64,000 nt of DNA from Chloroflexota bacterium (GTDB taxonomy: Bacteria; Chloroflexota; Dehalococcoidia; Lucifugimonadales; UBA3495): NCBI GenBank assembly GCA_027623675.1, contig JAQBVF010000003.1, positions 32,001 to 96,000 of the forward strand, given 5' to 3'. Under the pieces are notes generated by a model that did not search any database, was not told the origin of the DNA, and saw only the letters and a program-made list of their open reading frames with translations. Within the stretch, counting starts at the first letter, position 1. The number at the start of each line of letters is the position of its first letter. Below, one piece after another: positions 29,536 through 39,044 of the stretch. Both the position numbers and the translations under genes were made by a program.

Positions 29536-30357
29536 CTACTGCTGCGGCGTTTCCGGCCACAGTTCATGGAAGTGGTTGAGGGGTCCGTGGCCCTGCCCGA
29601 TGGGGAAAGAGCGGCGGATGGCCTCGGTGACAAACCCTTTGGCCCGTCCCACTGCTTCCTCCGTTTGGAGTCCCTTGGCCAGTCCCGCGGCCACGGCTGA
29701 GGCGAACGTGCAGCCGGTCCCGTGGGTGTTGGCCGTTTCGAACCGGGGCGATGTGAACTCCCGAAAGCTACTACCATCATAGTACAGATCGGTGGCGGGG
29801 CCTTCGCGGTGGCCCCCTTTGACCACGACCGACGCCGCGCCCATGCCGACGATGGCGATGGCGGCGTTCCGAATGTCGCCGTCGGTGACGATCGTCCGGC
29901 CGGTCAGGGTCTCGGCCTCGGGGATGTTGGGGGTGACCACCGCGGCCATGGGAAGCAGCAATTCCCGGAGGGCGCCAACGGCTTCCTCCCGCAGCAGGGA
30001 ATCGCCGCTCTTGGCGACCATCACCGGGTCGACCACCAGCCGCCTCACGCCGGGCACTCCGGAATATCTCTTGAGGGAGGCGGTGACACATTCGATGATG
30101 GCGGAGCTGGACAGCATGCCGGTCTTGACGGCGTCGGCCCCGATGTCGGTCACCACGGCATCGATCTGGGCTGAGATCATGTCAACGGGAATCTCGTGCA
30201 CGGCGGTCACGGCCACCGTGTTCTGGGCCGTGATGGCAGTCAAAACCGAGGTGCCGTACACGCCCAGAGCGGCAAAGGTCTTGAGATCGGCCTGCACGCC
30301 CGCGCCGCCGCCCGAGTCGGACCCCGCGATGGTCATGGCGGCGGGCGTGTGTCTCAC
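29536..30357 (-). CDS. thiD: Hydroxymethylpyrimidine/phosphomethylpyrimidine kinase
   Basis: TIAGSDSGGGAGVQADLKTF, KTGML, DPVMVAKSG, TPNIPEA and THGTGCT motifs. GTGA overlap with tenA. Confidence 0.95.
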   Translation of the reverse strand: MRHTPAAMTIAGSDSGGGAGVQADLKTFAALGVYGTSVLTAITAQNTVAVTAVHEIPVDMISAQIDAVVTDIGADAVKTGMLSSSAIIECVTASLKRYSGVPGVRRLVVDPVMVAKSGDSLLREEAVGALRELLLPMAAVVTPNIPEAETLTGRTIVTDGDIRNAAIAIVGMGAASVVVKGGHREGPATDLYYDGSSFREFTSPRFETANTHGTGCTFASAVAAGLAKGLQTEEAVGRAKGFVTEAIRRSFPIGQGHGPLNHFHELWPETPQQ

Positions 30358-31016
30358 TCCGGCCATGTCTCGTACCGGTAGGCCATGTCGAAGAACTGAT
30401 ATTCGTAGCGGAGCACGTCCAGGAAGATGCGCTCCAGCTTCTTGCGTTGCTCCGGGGTTGGCGATGACTCGTCCACCACGCTGCGGAGCCAGGCGACGAA
30501 CCCGGACATGCCGGGACTGGTGTGGATGTCGATCCAGGTCTGGTAGTAGTGGTTGCCGGGTTTTAGGCCCGCCTGTTCGGCGCGTTGGGCCCAGTCCAGG
30601 TAGGGCCACTCCACGGCCAGCAGCGTCGCTATCACCTCGGTGAACGTGCCCTCGTGGGCCAACGCCCGCAGGTAGCCGCTGTAATGCTGAGTGGTGGGTA
30701 GATAATCAAGCCCTTTGACCTCTTCCGGGGAGAGGCCCCGTTCCCGGAAGGCTTCTTGGAACAAGCCCTCTTCGCCGCCCAGGCCCAGGTGCAGGAACCC
30801 GACCAGCTCACGGGCCGCGTCGAAATCGGGCGCTTTGGCGGTGGCGAGGCTGAGCAGGATAGCCCAGTCCTTCAGGAATAGATAGTCCTGGTCGAAGTAG
30901 ATGTCGAAGGTCTTACGGTCCAGGGAACCGTCGGCCATGGCGGCGACGAAGGGGTGGGTTACCACCTTCTCCCATAGTGGGCCGACGCAAGCCTGGAGTT
31001 CGTCGCTTAAAGCCAA
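30354..31016 (-). CDS. tenA: TenA/thiaminase II family protein
   Basis: HPFV...DGSL, QDYLFL, Y..WI..H and YEYQFFDMAY motifs; thiamine context. The canonical catalytic Cys is not evident (LLAVEWPY). Confidence 0.85.
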   Translation of the reverse strand: MALSDELQACVGPLWEKVVTHPFVAAMADGSLDRKTFDIYFDQDYLFLKDWAILLSLATAKAPDFDAARELVGFLHLGLGGEEGLFQEAFRERGLSPEEVKGLDYLPTTQHYSGYLRALAHEGTFTEVIATLLAVEWPYLDWAQRAEQAGLKPGNHYYQTWIDIHTSPGMSGFVAWLRSVVDESSPTPEQRKKLERIFLDVLRYEYQFFDMAYRYETWPE

Positions 31017-31060
31017 TTCCGATTTGTCCTCAATATCGGCGGTGCGAGCCCGGCGAAGGG

Positions 31061-31420
31061 TTATTCGTCGCCGGGTCCGCCCTCCTGGGTAAAGTCAGGG
31101 GTGCGGCGGACCGACTCCGCCAGGTCCGAGGGGTCGGGTGGTGACCCATCATTCATGAAACCGACGGGGATGGCCGGGAGCGTTTCCAGATGGAGACCGG
31201 TGCGCATGCCCAGTTCCAGAGAGAGTCTGGCAACCGCATCGTTGTCGTCGGCTTCCACCATCATCACAAAGTCGTACCGTCCTAAGACCGCGTATTGGCC
31301 CAGTATCTCCGCGCCGGGAACGGCCAGGTCTCTGGTGCGGTCACCGATCAGGTTTGGATTGCCATGGAGCATCCGCTGGCCGTCATGGGTCAGCGACCCC
31401 AGAAAGAAATAGAGCGACAT
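31061..31420 (-). CDS. GYD domain-containing protein
   Basis: QYAVLGRYDFVMMVEA.D...ETLPA pattern. Confidence 0.8.
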   Translation of the reverse strand: MSLYFFLGSLTHDGQRMLHGNPNLIGDRTRDLAVPGAEILGQYAVLGRYDFVMMVEADDNDAVARLSLELGMRTGLHLETLPAIPVGFMNDGSPPDPSDLAESVRRTPDFTQEGGPGDE

Positions 31421-31549
31421 CGGCTATCCCCCAAATAATTAAGCCCAAGACCTAGGCTCGCCATTCTGGGGCAAGTATATCAGTCGGGAGCGCCGGTTTC
31501 CTGCCCCGGCGCCCCCGGTCCGTCGGGTACTGGTTCAAGAGGCGGCCGC

Positions 31550-32596
31550 CTAGTTGGCGTTCTCGACAAAGCTGTTGTCGAAGGCCGCGTTGGCGTCATC
31601 CGCCGAAGTCAGGCGGCCCGATGCCACCATCCAGTCGGCGAAATCCTGCCAGCGTTGCTGCTCCTGCCAGCCGAAGACCCCGTTGTCGGTCGCCCACAGG
31701 GGCGCCAACAGCACGACTCCGGGATTCTCGATCGCCAGGTCGGTCTCCGGTTTAAGTTCCTTAAGCAGGGCCACGGCGTCTAGGGGGTCGGCGATGGCGT
31801 CTTGGTATCCACGGGTGACCCCACGGACGAAGGCTTGGACGATTTCCGGGTTGTTGGCGATCTTGTCTTCGCTGGCCACCATCACCAACTCATAGAAGTC
31901 GGGGACGCCGTTCTCCTCCATGCGCATGATGTTCAGGTCGAAGCCCAGGTTATTGGCCGAGATGGACTCGTGCACCCAGTAGGCCCCGACGATGGCGTCC
32001 ACGTTCTTGCTGATCAGGGCGGGAATCAGGTCGAATCCCACGTTGACCATCTCCACGTCGTCGATGGTCAGACCCTGATAACGGAGCATGGTGTCGATCA
32101 GGGCTTCGTCAGAGGGCAGGCCCGGCGCGCCGACCTTCTTGCCTTTCAGGTCCTTGGGCTCGACTATCCCGGAATCGGCCAGGGACATCACCGAGTTCAG
32201 CGGGTGCTGCACCAGGGCCATGATGGACACGGCTTCGATGCCCTGCTCACGGGCCAGCAGCAGTTCAGGCTGGTAGCTGATGCCGAAATCATCCCGGCCG
32301 GCGGCAACCGTCTGCAGCACGGTGGAGGGGTCGCCGGGAACGTAGATCTCCACGTCCAGGCCCTCGTCGGCGAAGTAACCCCGCTCCAGGGCCACATAGA
32401 GGCCGGAGTGGTTGGACCAGGGGAACCAGTCGAGGGCAAGTGATACCTTGGTCAATTTCGCGGGCGCTTCGGTGGAAACCGCCGTGGATTCCGCGGCGGG
32501 CGCCGGCGTCGGGTCACTGCCGCAGGCCGCGGCCAAGAGCGAGAAGACGAATAGCAGCGAGACCAGTATGGCCGCCCGTTTGGTAATGAATCGCAT
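31550..32596 (-). CDS. thiY: ThiY/NMT1-like ABC substrate-binding lipoprotein
   Basis: Lipobox LAAAC, LDWFP..NH.G.YVA.ERGYF..EGLDV and ISYQP motifs; downstream of a TPP riboswitch. Confidence 0.85.
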   Translation of the reverse strand: MRFITKRAAILVSLLFVFSLLAAACGSDPTPAPAAESTAVSTEAPAKLTKVSLALDWFPWSNHSGLYVALERGYFADEGLDVEIYVPGDPSTVLQTVAAGRDDFGISYQPELLLAREQGIEAVSIMALVQHPLNSVMSLADSGIVEPKDLKGKKVGAPGLPSDEALIDTMLRYQGLTIDDVEMVNVGFDLIPALISKNVDAIVGAYWVHESISANNLGFDLNIMRMEENGVPDFYELVMVASEDKIANNPEIVQAFVRGVTRGYQDAIADPLDAVALLKELKPETDLAIENPGVVLLAPLWATDNGVFGWQEQQRWQDFADWMVASGRLTSADDANAAFDNSFVENAN

Positions 32597-32653
32597 CGTA
32601 AGGAGTCTCCTTTATATTTATGGTTCGCGGATCTATAAGCCGAGAGTTGGCGC

Positions 32654-33451
32654 TTAGAGCTGGCGCATGGAATTTGACCGTTTCTCGCTGAAATGCCAGG
32701 GCATCATCATCCGTTCGGCCAGCGCCGCCAGCACGAATAGAGTGATACCCATGACCGACAGGACAAGAATGGCGGCGAACACCCTGGCCGTGAGGAACAG
32801 GGGCTGGGAGTAGGTGATCAGGTAGCCCAGGCCCTCGCTGGCCCCGACCCATTCGCCGATCACCGCGGCGATCACGCTGACCGAGACACCGATCTTGATG
32901 CCTGAGAACATGAAGGGCAGCGCGGTGGGAATCTGCAGCTTGGTGAACACCTGCCACCGGGACGCGCCCAACGCCCGGACCATGTTGATCATGTCGGGGT
33001 CGGCGGCTTTAAGCCCGTCAACCGTGTTCACCGCGATGGGGTAGAAGCAGATCAGGGCCACGATGATAATCTTGGGCGTGAGTCCGTAGCCCACCCAGAT
33101 CAGCAGCAGCGGCGCGATGGCGATGATGGGCACGGTCTGAGATGCGATGACGATGGGATATACCGAGCGTTCCAGCACCCGCGAGTAGGCGATGCCACCG
33201 GCCAGGACCAAGCCCGCTATCAGGGCCGCCAAAAACCCCACCACAATCTCCTTCAGGGTGACCAATGTGTGGTCCCAGAGCAGATCGCTGCTGGAGCTCA
33301 GCTCCTTGGCGATCTCCGACGGCGCGGGCAACTGCCACTTGGGGACATCGGCCAACTGCACCCACAGCTCCCAAGCGGCCACCAGCCCGGCCAAGATGGC
33401 CACGGGCAGGAGCCAAGACAGCATCCCTGACGCTTTCCTTAAGATATTCAT
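32654..33451 (-). CDS. thiX: ABC permease (ThiX/SsuC type)
   Basis: LPAPS, QTVP.IAIAPL, LGASR, AVIGEW and GLG motifs. Confidence 0.85.
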   Translation of the reverse strand: MNILRKASGMLSWLLPVAILAGLVAAWELWVQLADVPKWQLPAPSEIAKELSSSSDLLWDHTLVTLKEIVVGFLAALIAGLVLAGGIAYSRVLERSVYPIVIASQTVPIIAIAPLLLIWVGYGLTPKIIIVALICFYPIAVNTVDGLKAADPDMINMVRALGASRWQVFTKLQIPTALPFMFSGIKIGVSVSVIAAVIGEWVGASEGLGYLITYSQPLFLTARVFAAILVLSVMGITLFVLAALAERMMMPWHFSEKRSNSMRQL

Positions 33452-33456
33452 AAGCC

Positions 33457-34293
33457 TCAGCCCGACTGTCCGCCGGAGCGCGTCGCCAGCACCTGCGACC
33501 GCAGGGGGCCCATCAAACTGGATTTGAGCGCGGCGAACTCGGAACTGGTCACCATGTCGTAATGGCGAGGCCGGGGCAACCCCACCTCCAGGGCCAACGC
33601 GGTCTTGCCCGGCCGGGCGGTGAGCAGGTAGACCCGGTCGGACAGCAGCAGCGCTTCGTCGACGTCGTGGGTTATCAACACGATGGTCTTGTTGACCGAC
33701 TCCCATAACTGGAGCAGCCACTCCTGCATCTGAACGCGGGTGAGGGCGTCCAGTGCGCCGAACGGCTCGTCAAGCAGCACCACGTCTTGGTCCAGCAGCA
33801 TCGTCCGGAGAAAGGCCGCCCGCTGCCGCATGCCGCCGGACAGCGCATAGGGATATTGGTGCTCGAATCCCTTCAGGCCGAATTCCTCGGTGAACTCCAG
33901 GGCCCGCTCTCGTGCCTGCCGCTTGGGCATCCCCCGCAGTTCCAGTCCCAGGATCGTGTTGTCCAAGACCGAGCGCCAGGGCAGCAGCAGGTCCTTCTGC
34001 TGCATGTACCCGGTCTGTCCCAAACGCCCGCCGCCGAAGCCATCGCCGGATATCGCGTCGCCGGTGACCCCGGAAAGCTCAACGCTGCCGGAGTCTGGCT
34101 GGTCCAACCCGGCGATGATATTTAAGAGCGTGCTCTTGCCGCAGCCGCTGGGGCCGATGATGCTGACGAACTCGCCCTCGTTCACGGTCAGGTCGATGCC
34201 GTTCAACACAGCCTGCTGTTGGCCGTCGATGACATACGACTTGTTCACCGACTCGATCCGTATTTTTGGCCGGATTGGGGCGTCCATCGACAT
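33457..34293 (-). CDS. thiZ: ABC ATP-binding protein (ThiZ/SsuB type)
   Basis: GPSGCGKST, LSGGMRQR, LLDEPFGALD and ITHD motifs. Start uncertain (34293 or 34314). Confidence 0.85.
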   Translation of the reverse strand: MSMDAPIRPKIRIESVNKSYVIDGQQQAVLNGIDLTVNEGEFVSIIGPSGCGKSTLLNIIAGLDQPDSGSVELSGVTGDAISGDGFGGGRLGQTGYMQQKDLLLPWRSVLDNTILGLELRGMPKRQARERALEFTEEFGLKGFEHQYPYALSGGMRQRAAFLRTMLLDQDVVLLDEPFGALDALTRVQMQEWLLQLWESVNKTIVLITHDVDEALLLSDRVYLLTARPGKTALALEVGLPRPRHYDMVTSSEFAALKSSLMGPLRSQVLATRSGGQSG

Positions 34294-34406
34294 TTCGGGC
34301 GTACCTACGGGCAACGAGCCCAGAGTTTGGATGATCTGCTGGCGATAACCGTCTTTGTTCGATCTGCGGGCCGAATGGGTTTGCCTAGATGCCCCATTCG
34401 CCGGGC

Positions 34407-34444
34407 AAAAAAATAGCCGCCAACGGATGAGTTTTGGCGGCCTA
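34407..34444 (-). terminator. Riboswitch expression-platform terminator
   Basis: Minus strand: taggccgccaa...ttggcggcta followed by ttttttt, between the aptamer and thiZ. Confidence 0.75.
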
Positions 34445-34467
34445 ACATAGCAGTTAGAGTTCTAGCT

Positions 34468-34565
34468 CGTTTCCCTCCGCTGGAATTACCCAGATCAGGT
34501 TCGCAAGGGTCGGTGGCAGATGCGGCCTCCCTCTCAGCCCGGCTAAACCGAGCTCCCCTACGTGC
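34468..34565 (-). ncRNA. TPP (THI-box) riboswitch
   Basis: Minus strand: AGGGGAGC...GCUGAGA...GACCCUU..GAACCUGAUCUGGGUAAUUCCAGCGGAGGGAA, upstream of the thiamine-precursor transporter. Confidence 0.95.
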
Positions 34566-34741
34566 CTAGACGATTAGATTGTTAACCGGGACATCTGTCA
34601 CCAGGATTATAGGAGTGACCCAGATTGGGTGTCAACAGGCCTCTCATTTCGCGCCAGGGTTATTCCATGGTCTGTCGCTCTAGCGCCGATCGGGACCTCT
34701 CCCGGAATCTATCTAAGGCGGGAATCATTGACTGGGATTTC

Positions 34742-34771
34742 TTGACAAAGAATCTGTGCCCACCATACAAT
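34742..34771 (+). promoter_or_regulatory. Sigma70-type promoter
   Basis: TTGACA-N18-TACAAT upstream of the gene at 34917. Confidence 0.6.
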
Positions 34772-34916
34772 CCGGCCAACCACGGACTCTCGCCCGAGTG
34801 CTCCCGTACCCGGTGTTTTGGACACGCCCAGGCTCAGGCAAAAAACGCCGGGAAAAAACGCTACAATATAACCGATTCAACAACCGATTCAGACCCGCCC
34901 AATTAAGGAGGCCCCG

Positions 34917-36101
34917 ATGGCAGATTGGCCGAAGGTTAAATACAAGGAAGAAGGCATGCGCGAAGGCATGCAGATCGAAGACGCAAATATCTCCGTTGAC
35001 GACAAGGTCCAACTGCTTGACGCTCTTTCCGAGACGGGCTTGCAGCAGATCGTCGTCGGGTCGTTCGTTAGCCCCAAATGGACCCCCCAGATGGAGCGCA
35101 TCGACGAGATCGTGACCAAGTTCACCCCCAAACCCGGCATCACCTACACGGCATTGGCGCTGAACTCCCGGGGCGTGGAGCGGGCCAGGGCCTACTCTCC
35201 CCCGCTGACCATCGAGCGCGACGGTTACCCCCGCTTGAACTGCCACATGTGCGACGTATTCGTTCGCCGCAACACCAACCGCTCACAGATGGCTGAGATG
35301 GAACGCTGGCCGCAGATTGTCGCCCAGGCCCAAGAGTTGAACATCAAAGAGGCCGGCATCGGGACCAACGCTAGTTGGGGATCCAACTTCATGGGCGAAT
35401 TCCCGGTGGACAACCTCATGACCATGCTCGAGAGGCAGCACAGCATGTGGGACGAGGTTGGCATCGACGTCCGCAGCGTCTCCATGGGCGACCCCATGAG
35501 CCACTGCACGCCGGCCAAGGTTGAAGAGAGCGTCTACCGTGTCAAGGAGATGTGGCCCGAGGTTAACCACATCCGCCTGCACCTGCACAACGGCCGCAAC
35601 ATGGCCATCGCGTCGGCCTATGCCGCCATGCGGGTCCTGGGCCCCGATGACACCCTGGAGTTGGACGGTTCCATCGGAGGTTTCGGCGGCTGCCCCTACT
35701 GCGGCAACGGCCGCGCGACGGGCATGGCCCCCACCGAAGACCTGCTCCACATGATGGAAGACATGGGCATCCCCACGGGCGTGGACATCGACAAGCTGAT
35801 CGACTGCGTCTGGATGGCCGAAGGTATCATGGGACGGGAACTCTACGGCCACGTCTCCAAGGCCGGCCCCCGCCCCAAGACCGTGGACAAGCTCTACGAC
35901 ATCAACGCACCGTTCGTGGAGACCATGGAACAGGCCAAGCACTTCAAGAAGGGACCTAGCGCCTACGAAGGCGGCATCTACCCGTACAGCGAGCCCATCA
36001 CCAGCCCCTACCGGGACCGGGTCAACGCTGGCACGCCCGCCTACGACGACGCCAACGGCGACTTCCCCTGGAAGCAGGACTGGTTCCCCGCCAAGGCCTA
36101 A
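34917..36101 (+). CDS. DRE-TIM metallolyase, HMG-CoA lyase-like
   Basis: AAGGAGG RBS; EEGMREGMQ, GSFVSPKW.PQM, HLHN, GGFGGCPY and PTEDL motifs. Confidence 0.85.
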   Translation: MADWPKVKYKEEGMREGMQIEDANISVDDKVQLLDALSETGLQQIVVGSFVSPKWTPQMERIDEIVTKFTPKPGITYTALALNSRGVERARAYSPPLTIERDGYPRLNCHMCDVFVRRNTNRSQMAEMERWPQIVAQAQELNIKEAGIGTNASWGSNFMGEFPVDNLMTMLERQHSMWDEVGIDVRSVSMGDPMSHCTPAKVEESVYRVKEMWPEVNHIRLHLHNGRNMAIASAYAAMRVLGPDDTLELDGSIGGFGGCPYCGNGRATGMAPTEDLLHMMEDMGIPTGVDIDKLIDCVWMAEGIMGRELYGHVSKAGPRPKTVDKLYDINAPFVETMEQAKHFKKGPSAYEGGIYPYSEPITSPYRDRVNAGTPAYDDANGDFPWKQDWFPAKA

Positions 36102-36132
36102 CCGGCCCAATTGGAATCAGGAAAACACAAAA

Positions 36133-36169
36133 GTGGCCCCCCGGAACAGCCGGGGGGCCACCCTTTTTT
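36133..36169 (+). terminator. Intrinsic terminator
   Basis: gtggccccccgg-aacag-ccggggggccac followed by cctttttt. Confidence 0.85.
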
Positions 36170-36224
36170 ATGGGCAGAGTTGCAGCGGGAGGCGTCCTCT
36201 CCGCCCGCCAATCACCCACGAAGC

Positions 36225-36271
36225 GAAAATCCCCCAACCCTCTTTCGTAAAAGGGGGACTAAGGGGATTTC
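36225..36271. repeat. REP-like palindromic intergenic repeat (copy 2)
   Basis: gaaaatcccccaaccctctttcgtaaaagggggactaaggggatttc. Confidence 0.6.
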
Positions 36272-36435
36272 GGTTGGCGACAATGATGTTTGATTCTTGC
36301 CGCCGTCTCGACCCACTGGCCCAACCCCGGTAGCCCGCGCCCCCTTTGAGTGCTACGATGACGCCACTCTAGATCGGCGCAGTCACGCCGCTACGCAGCC
36401 GCTGATGCCGCCACCAAATCTCAAGGAGGCCCACC

Positions 36436-37020
36436 ATGGCTTCGGTCAACCCTACCGACCCCAACAAGATTCGTTTGACCGGCGAGAACTCATTCATCCG
36501 CCTGACCGACCAATCAGGCGAGAAGGAAACAACCAGGTCCAGCCACTGGCGGGTGCTATGGTCTCCCGGCGGAGCGGGGCACGTCCTCTTTTTGAAGACT
36601 GAACTCACGGACAGCCAAGTGCGTATCTACTCCGACAACATCGCCTTGACGCGCTGGCTCCAAGATGAGATTGAAACCCTGCTCTACCCCGAATTCGCCG
36701 ACCAGAACACGCAGGTGGTCGACGCCGAATTCACCAAGAAAGGCGACCCCAGCACCTTCTGGACCGAGACGATCGAGAGCGACGAAGAGACCATCGCCAT
36801 GACCTGGCACGACTTCATGGAGCCCTACATGCTGGTGGTGCCGGCGGGCAGCGCCTCGGGACGTCCTCACGGGGTCTATAGCTGCTTCATCCCAGCTAGA
36901 AAGGCCCAATTGACCATCAACGGAGACCTGGCCGAAGGCAAAGTCACCACCGACCGCCGCGGCGACAAAGATAGCAGCTCGGCCTGCCTGGCCTGGTCCG
37001 AGACCTGGGTCCGGCCCTAG
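36436..37020 (+). CDS. Hypothetical protein (beta-rich, acidic)
   Basis: AAGGAGG RBS and strong codon bias. Confidence 0.75.
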   Translation: MASVNPTDPNKIRLTGENSFIRLTDQSGEKETTRSSHWRVLWSPGGAGHVLFLKTELTDSQVRIYSDNIALTRWLQDEIETLLYPEFADQNTQVVDAEFTKKGDPSTFWTETIESDEETIAMTWHDFMEPYMLVVPAGSASGRPHGVYSCFIPARKAQLTINGDLAEGKVTTDRRGDKDSSSACLAWSETWVRP

Positions 37021-37060
37021 GGGCGCCGGAGCCGCTGATTCGCCGCATCTGAGGTAAACA

Positions 37061-37468
37061 ATGACCGACCTAGGTCAGGAAGTGGACCAGCTATTCGTCG
37101 ATTATTTCAGGGATTTTGGCAAGTTAGACCTGGAAGCCATCGTTGCTTATTTCCACCTTCCTTGCATGTTTATCACGCCTACGGGGGTGTTCGTTTTCTC
37201 AACCGCCTCCGAGGTGGAAGGTTTCTGGCGGCCCAGGTTTGACGACCTGAGATCGAACGGTTTTGCCCGCACTGAGCGGTCCGACGCCAGTATCAAGGTG
37301 CTAACCGATGACACGGCGATCGCCAGCAGCAAGGCCACCAGATACTCGAAAGACGAATCGGAGATGGAACGCAGAGGCGCCGTCTTCACGGTGCGCAAGA
37401 CCGATGCTGGATGGAAGATTGTGGCGTTGGTCCATCATTCGCCGGATACCGTGATCAAGGTGTCTTAA
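37061..37468 (+). CDS. NTF2/SnoaL-like protein
   Basis: GAGG RBS; C-terminal RKTDAGWKIVALVHH typical of the NTF2-like fold. Confidence 0.7.
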   Translation: MTDLGQEVDQLFVDYFRDFGKLDLEAIVAYFHLPCMFITPTGVFVFSTASEVEGFWRPRFDDLRSNGFARTERSDASIKVLTDDTAIASSKATRYSKDESEMERRGAVFTVRKTDAGWKIVALVHHSPDTVIKVS

Positions 37469-37766
37469 CCAGGGCCGGCCAGCAAAGCCAAAACCTAGTA
37501 GAGCAGAATCGTGGGCGCGGCTGAAACCGCGCCCACCGCCTTTGCTTCCGGTGCCCCGCATCAACCAGGTCTGCTCGATGGCGCCCTGGGCAACCGGGAC
37601 CATCGCCATCCGCGTGACCAGGGTGCCGTTGGAATCACGTACCGGGCCGTCCCCACGATTGGTGTCGCAGTTCACGGACCGCCGGTTGGCGTGGTCCACG
37701 ACGCTGACGTAATTCCAACAGCCCCGGACCCGGCCTCCGCCGCCTGTTTGGGTTGAGGGCGGGTGG

Positions 37767-38762
37767 CTAGGCTGATGTGCAGGCGATGGCTTTGACGCTC
37801 CCGGCGATCTGGGGAAGAACGTGGGAGGACCAGGTCTCGCCGCCGTCGCGGGTCCCGAACACTTCGCCCTTTCTGGTGCAGAAGTAGACCTGCTCCGGGG
37901 CACGGTCGTTGACCGCCACGCCAAAGGTGGTGCTGCTCGGTTTCACGCCCTTGTCGAAGCGCTCCCAGGTGTCGCCCTGGTCGGTGGACCGCATCACGCC
38001 GCCCTGCTCACTGCCGAAATTCAGACCCACGCAGGCATATAGAGTGTTCGGGTCGTTGGGCGCGGATTCCACGCCGCGCGAGTAGAAGATGTCGGTGAAC
38101 TTGGGAAAGTTCAGGTTGTCCCAGTTCGCGCCCCGGTCGCGGCTCCGCCAGACCCCGGTGCGGTTGGAGATGAACACCGCCGACGAATCGGCGCCGCCAA
38201 CGGTGACGCCGTGCAGGTCCATAAGGTCGACATCGCCGTCAAATTCTTTGTTCACGATGGTCCAGGTCTTGCCGCCGTCGGCGCTGTGGGCCGCGCCGCC
38301 CACTTCTAGGGCCGCGTACATCTGGTCGGGGTCGTTTGCTTCGATGCCGATCCCCAAGATGCGGGTTGCGAAGGCCATCTGCACTGAGTCTTGGTTGACG
38401 ATCGTGGCCAGATGCTCCCAATTCTCGCCGCCGTCGGTCGACTTGAATACCTCGCTGCCTTCGGTGCCCAGAAACATGATGTTGGGGTCGGTGGGGTGGA
38501 ATTTGATCGCCCAAACATGACGGCCCTCGGCCATGTTCATGCGCTCGAAGTTGTCGCCGCCATCCCGGGTGCGGTAGACGCCGCGCTGCGTGCCCACGAA
38601 GATGGTCTTGGCGTCGCCGGGGTGAATGGCTATCGCCCTCACCTGAGGTGCAGGCGGCATTCCCTTGGCCAGCTTCTGCCATTGGCCGTCGGATTCCTCC
38701 TTACGGTAGAGACCGTCCGCTTCCGCGCCGACATAGATCAGAGTCTTTCCAGGCATATCCAT
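37767..38762 (-). CDS. BNR/Asp-box repeat beta-propeller protein
   Basis: Repeated S/T-x-D-G-G-x-[NT]-W boxes. Confidence 0.85.
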   Translation of the reverse strand: MDMPGKTLIYVGAEADGLYRKEESDGQWQKLAKGMPPAPQVRAIAIHPGDAKTIFVGTQRGVYRTRDGGDNFERMNMAEGRHVWAIKFHPTDPNIMFLGTEGSEVFKSTDGGENWEHLATIVNQDSVQMAFATRILGIGIEANDPDQMYAALEVGGAAHSADGGKTWTIVNKEFDGDVDLMDLHGVTVGGADSSAVFISNRTGVWRSRDRGANWDNLNFPKFTDIFYSRGVESAPNDPNTLYACVGLNFGSEQGGVMRSTDQGDTWERFDKGVKPSSTTFGVAVNDRAPEQVYFCTRKGEVFGTRDGGETWSSHVLPQIAGSVKAIACTSA

Positions 38763-39044
38763 TCCCTCCAGGCGAATTTCTTTGGTGAATCTCTTGGGTG
38801 AGATTTCGGACTAGGAATGGCGTCATTTTGAGCAGGTGGGAATGTGTTGTCAATCGCGCCTTCTGGACGTTGGTGTCGACCGGGGCCGTGTTGCCTGCCG
38901 CAGGCTCGTTGGTAACAGAAATGGCTGCGTTGTCCCGTGGTTGTTCAGGGTCTCACCGATGTGATGTAGGCGCTGCTTCCGATGAAACTTGAATCCGAAG
39001 ACCGCATCTGTCGACACCCCGGCGATATAGATCGCCACGGCGCC

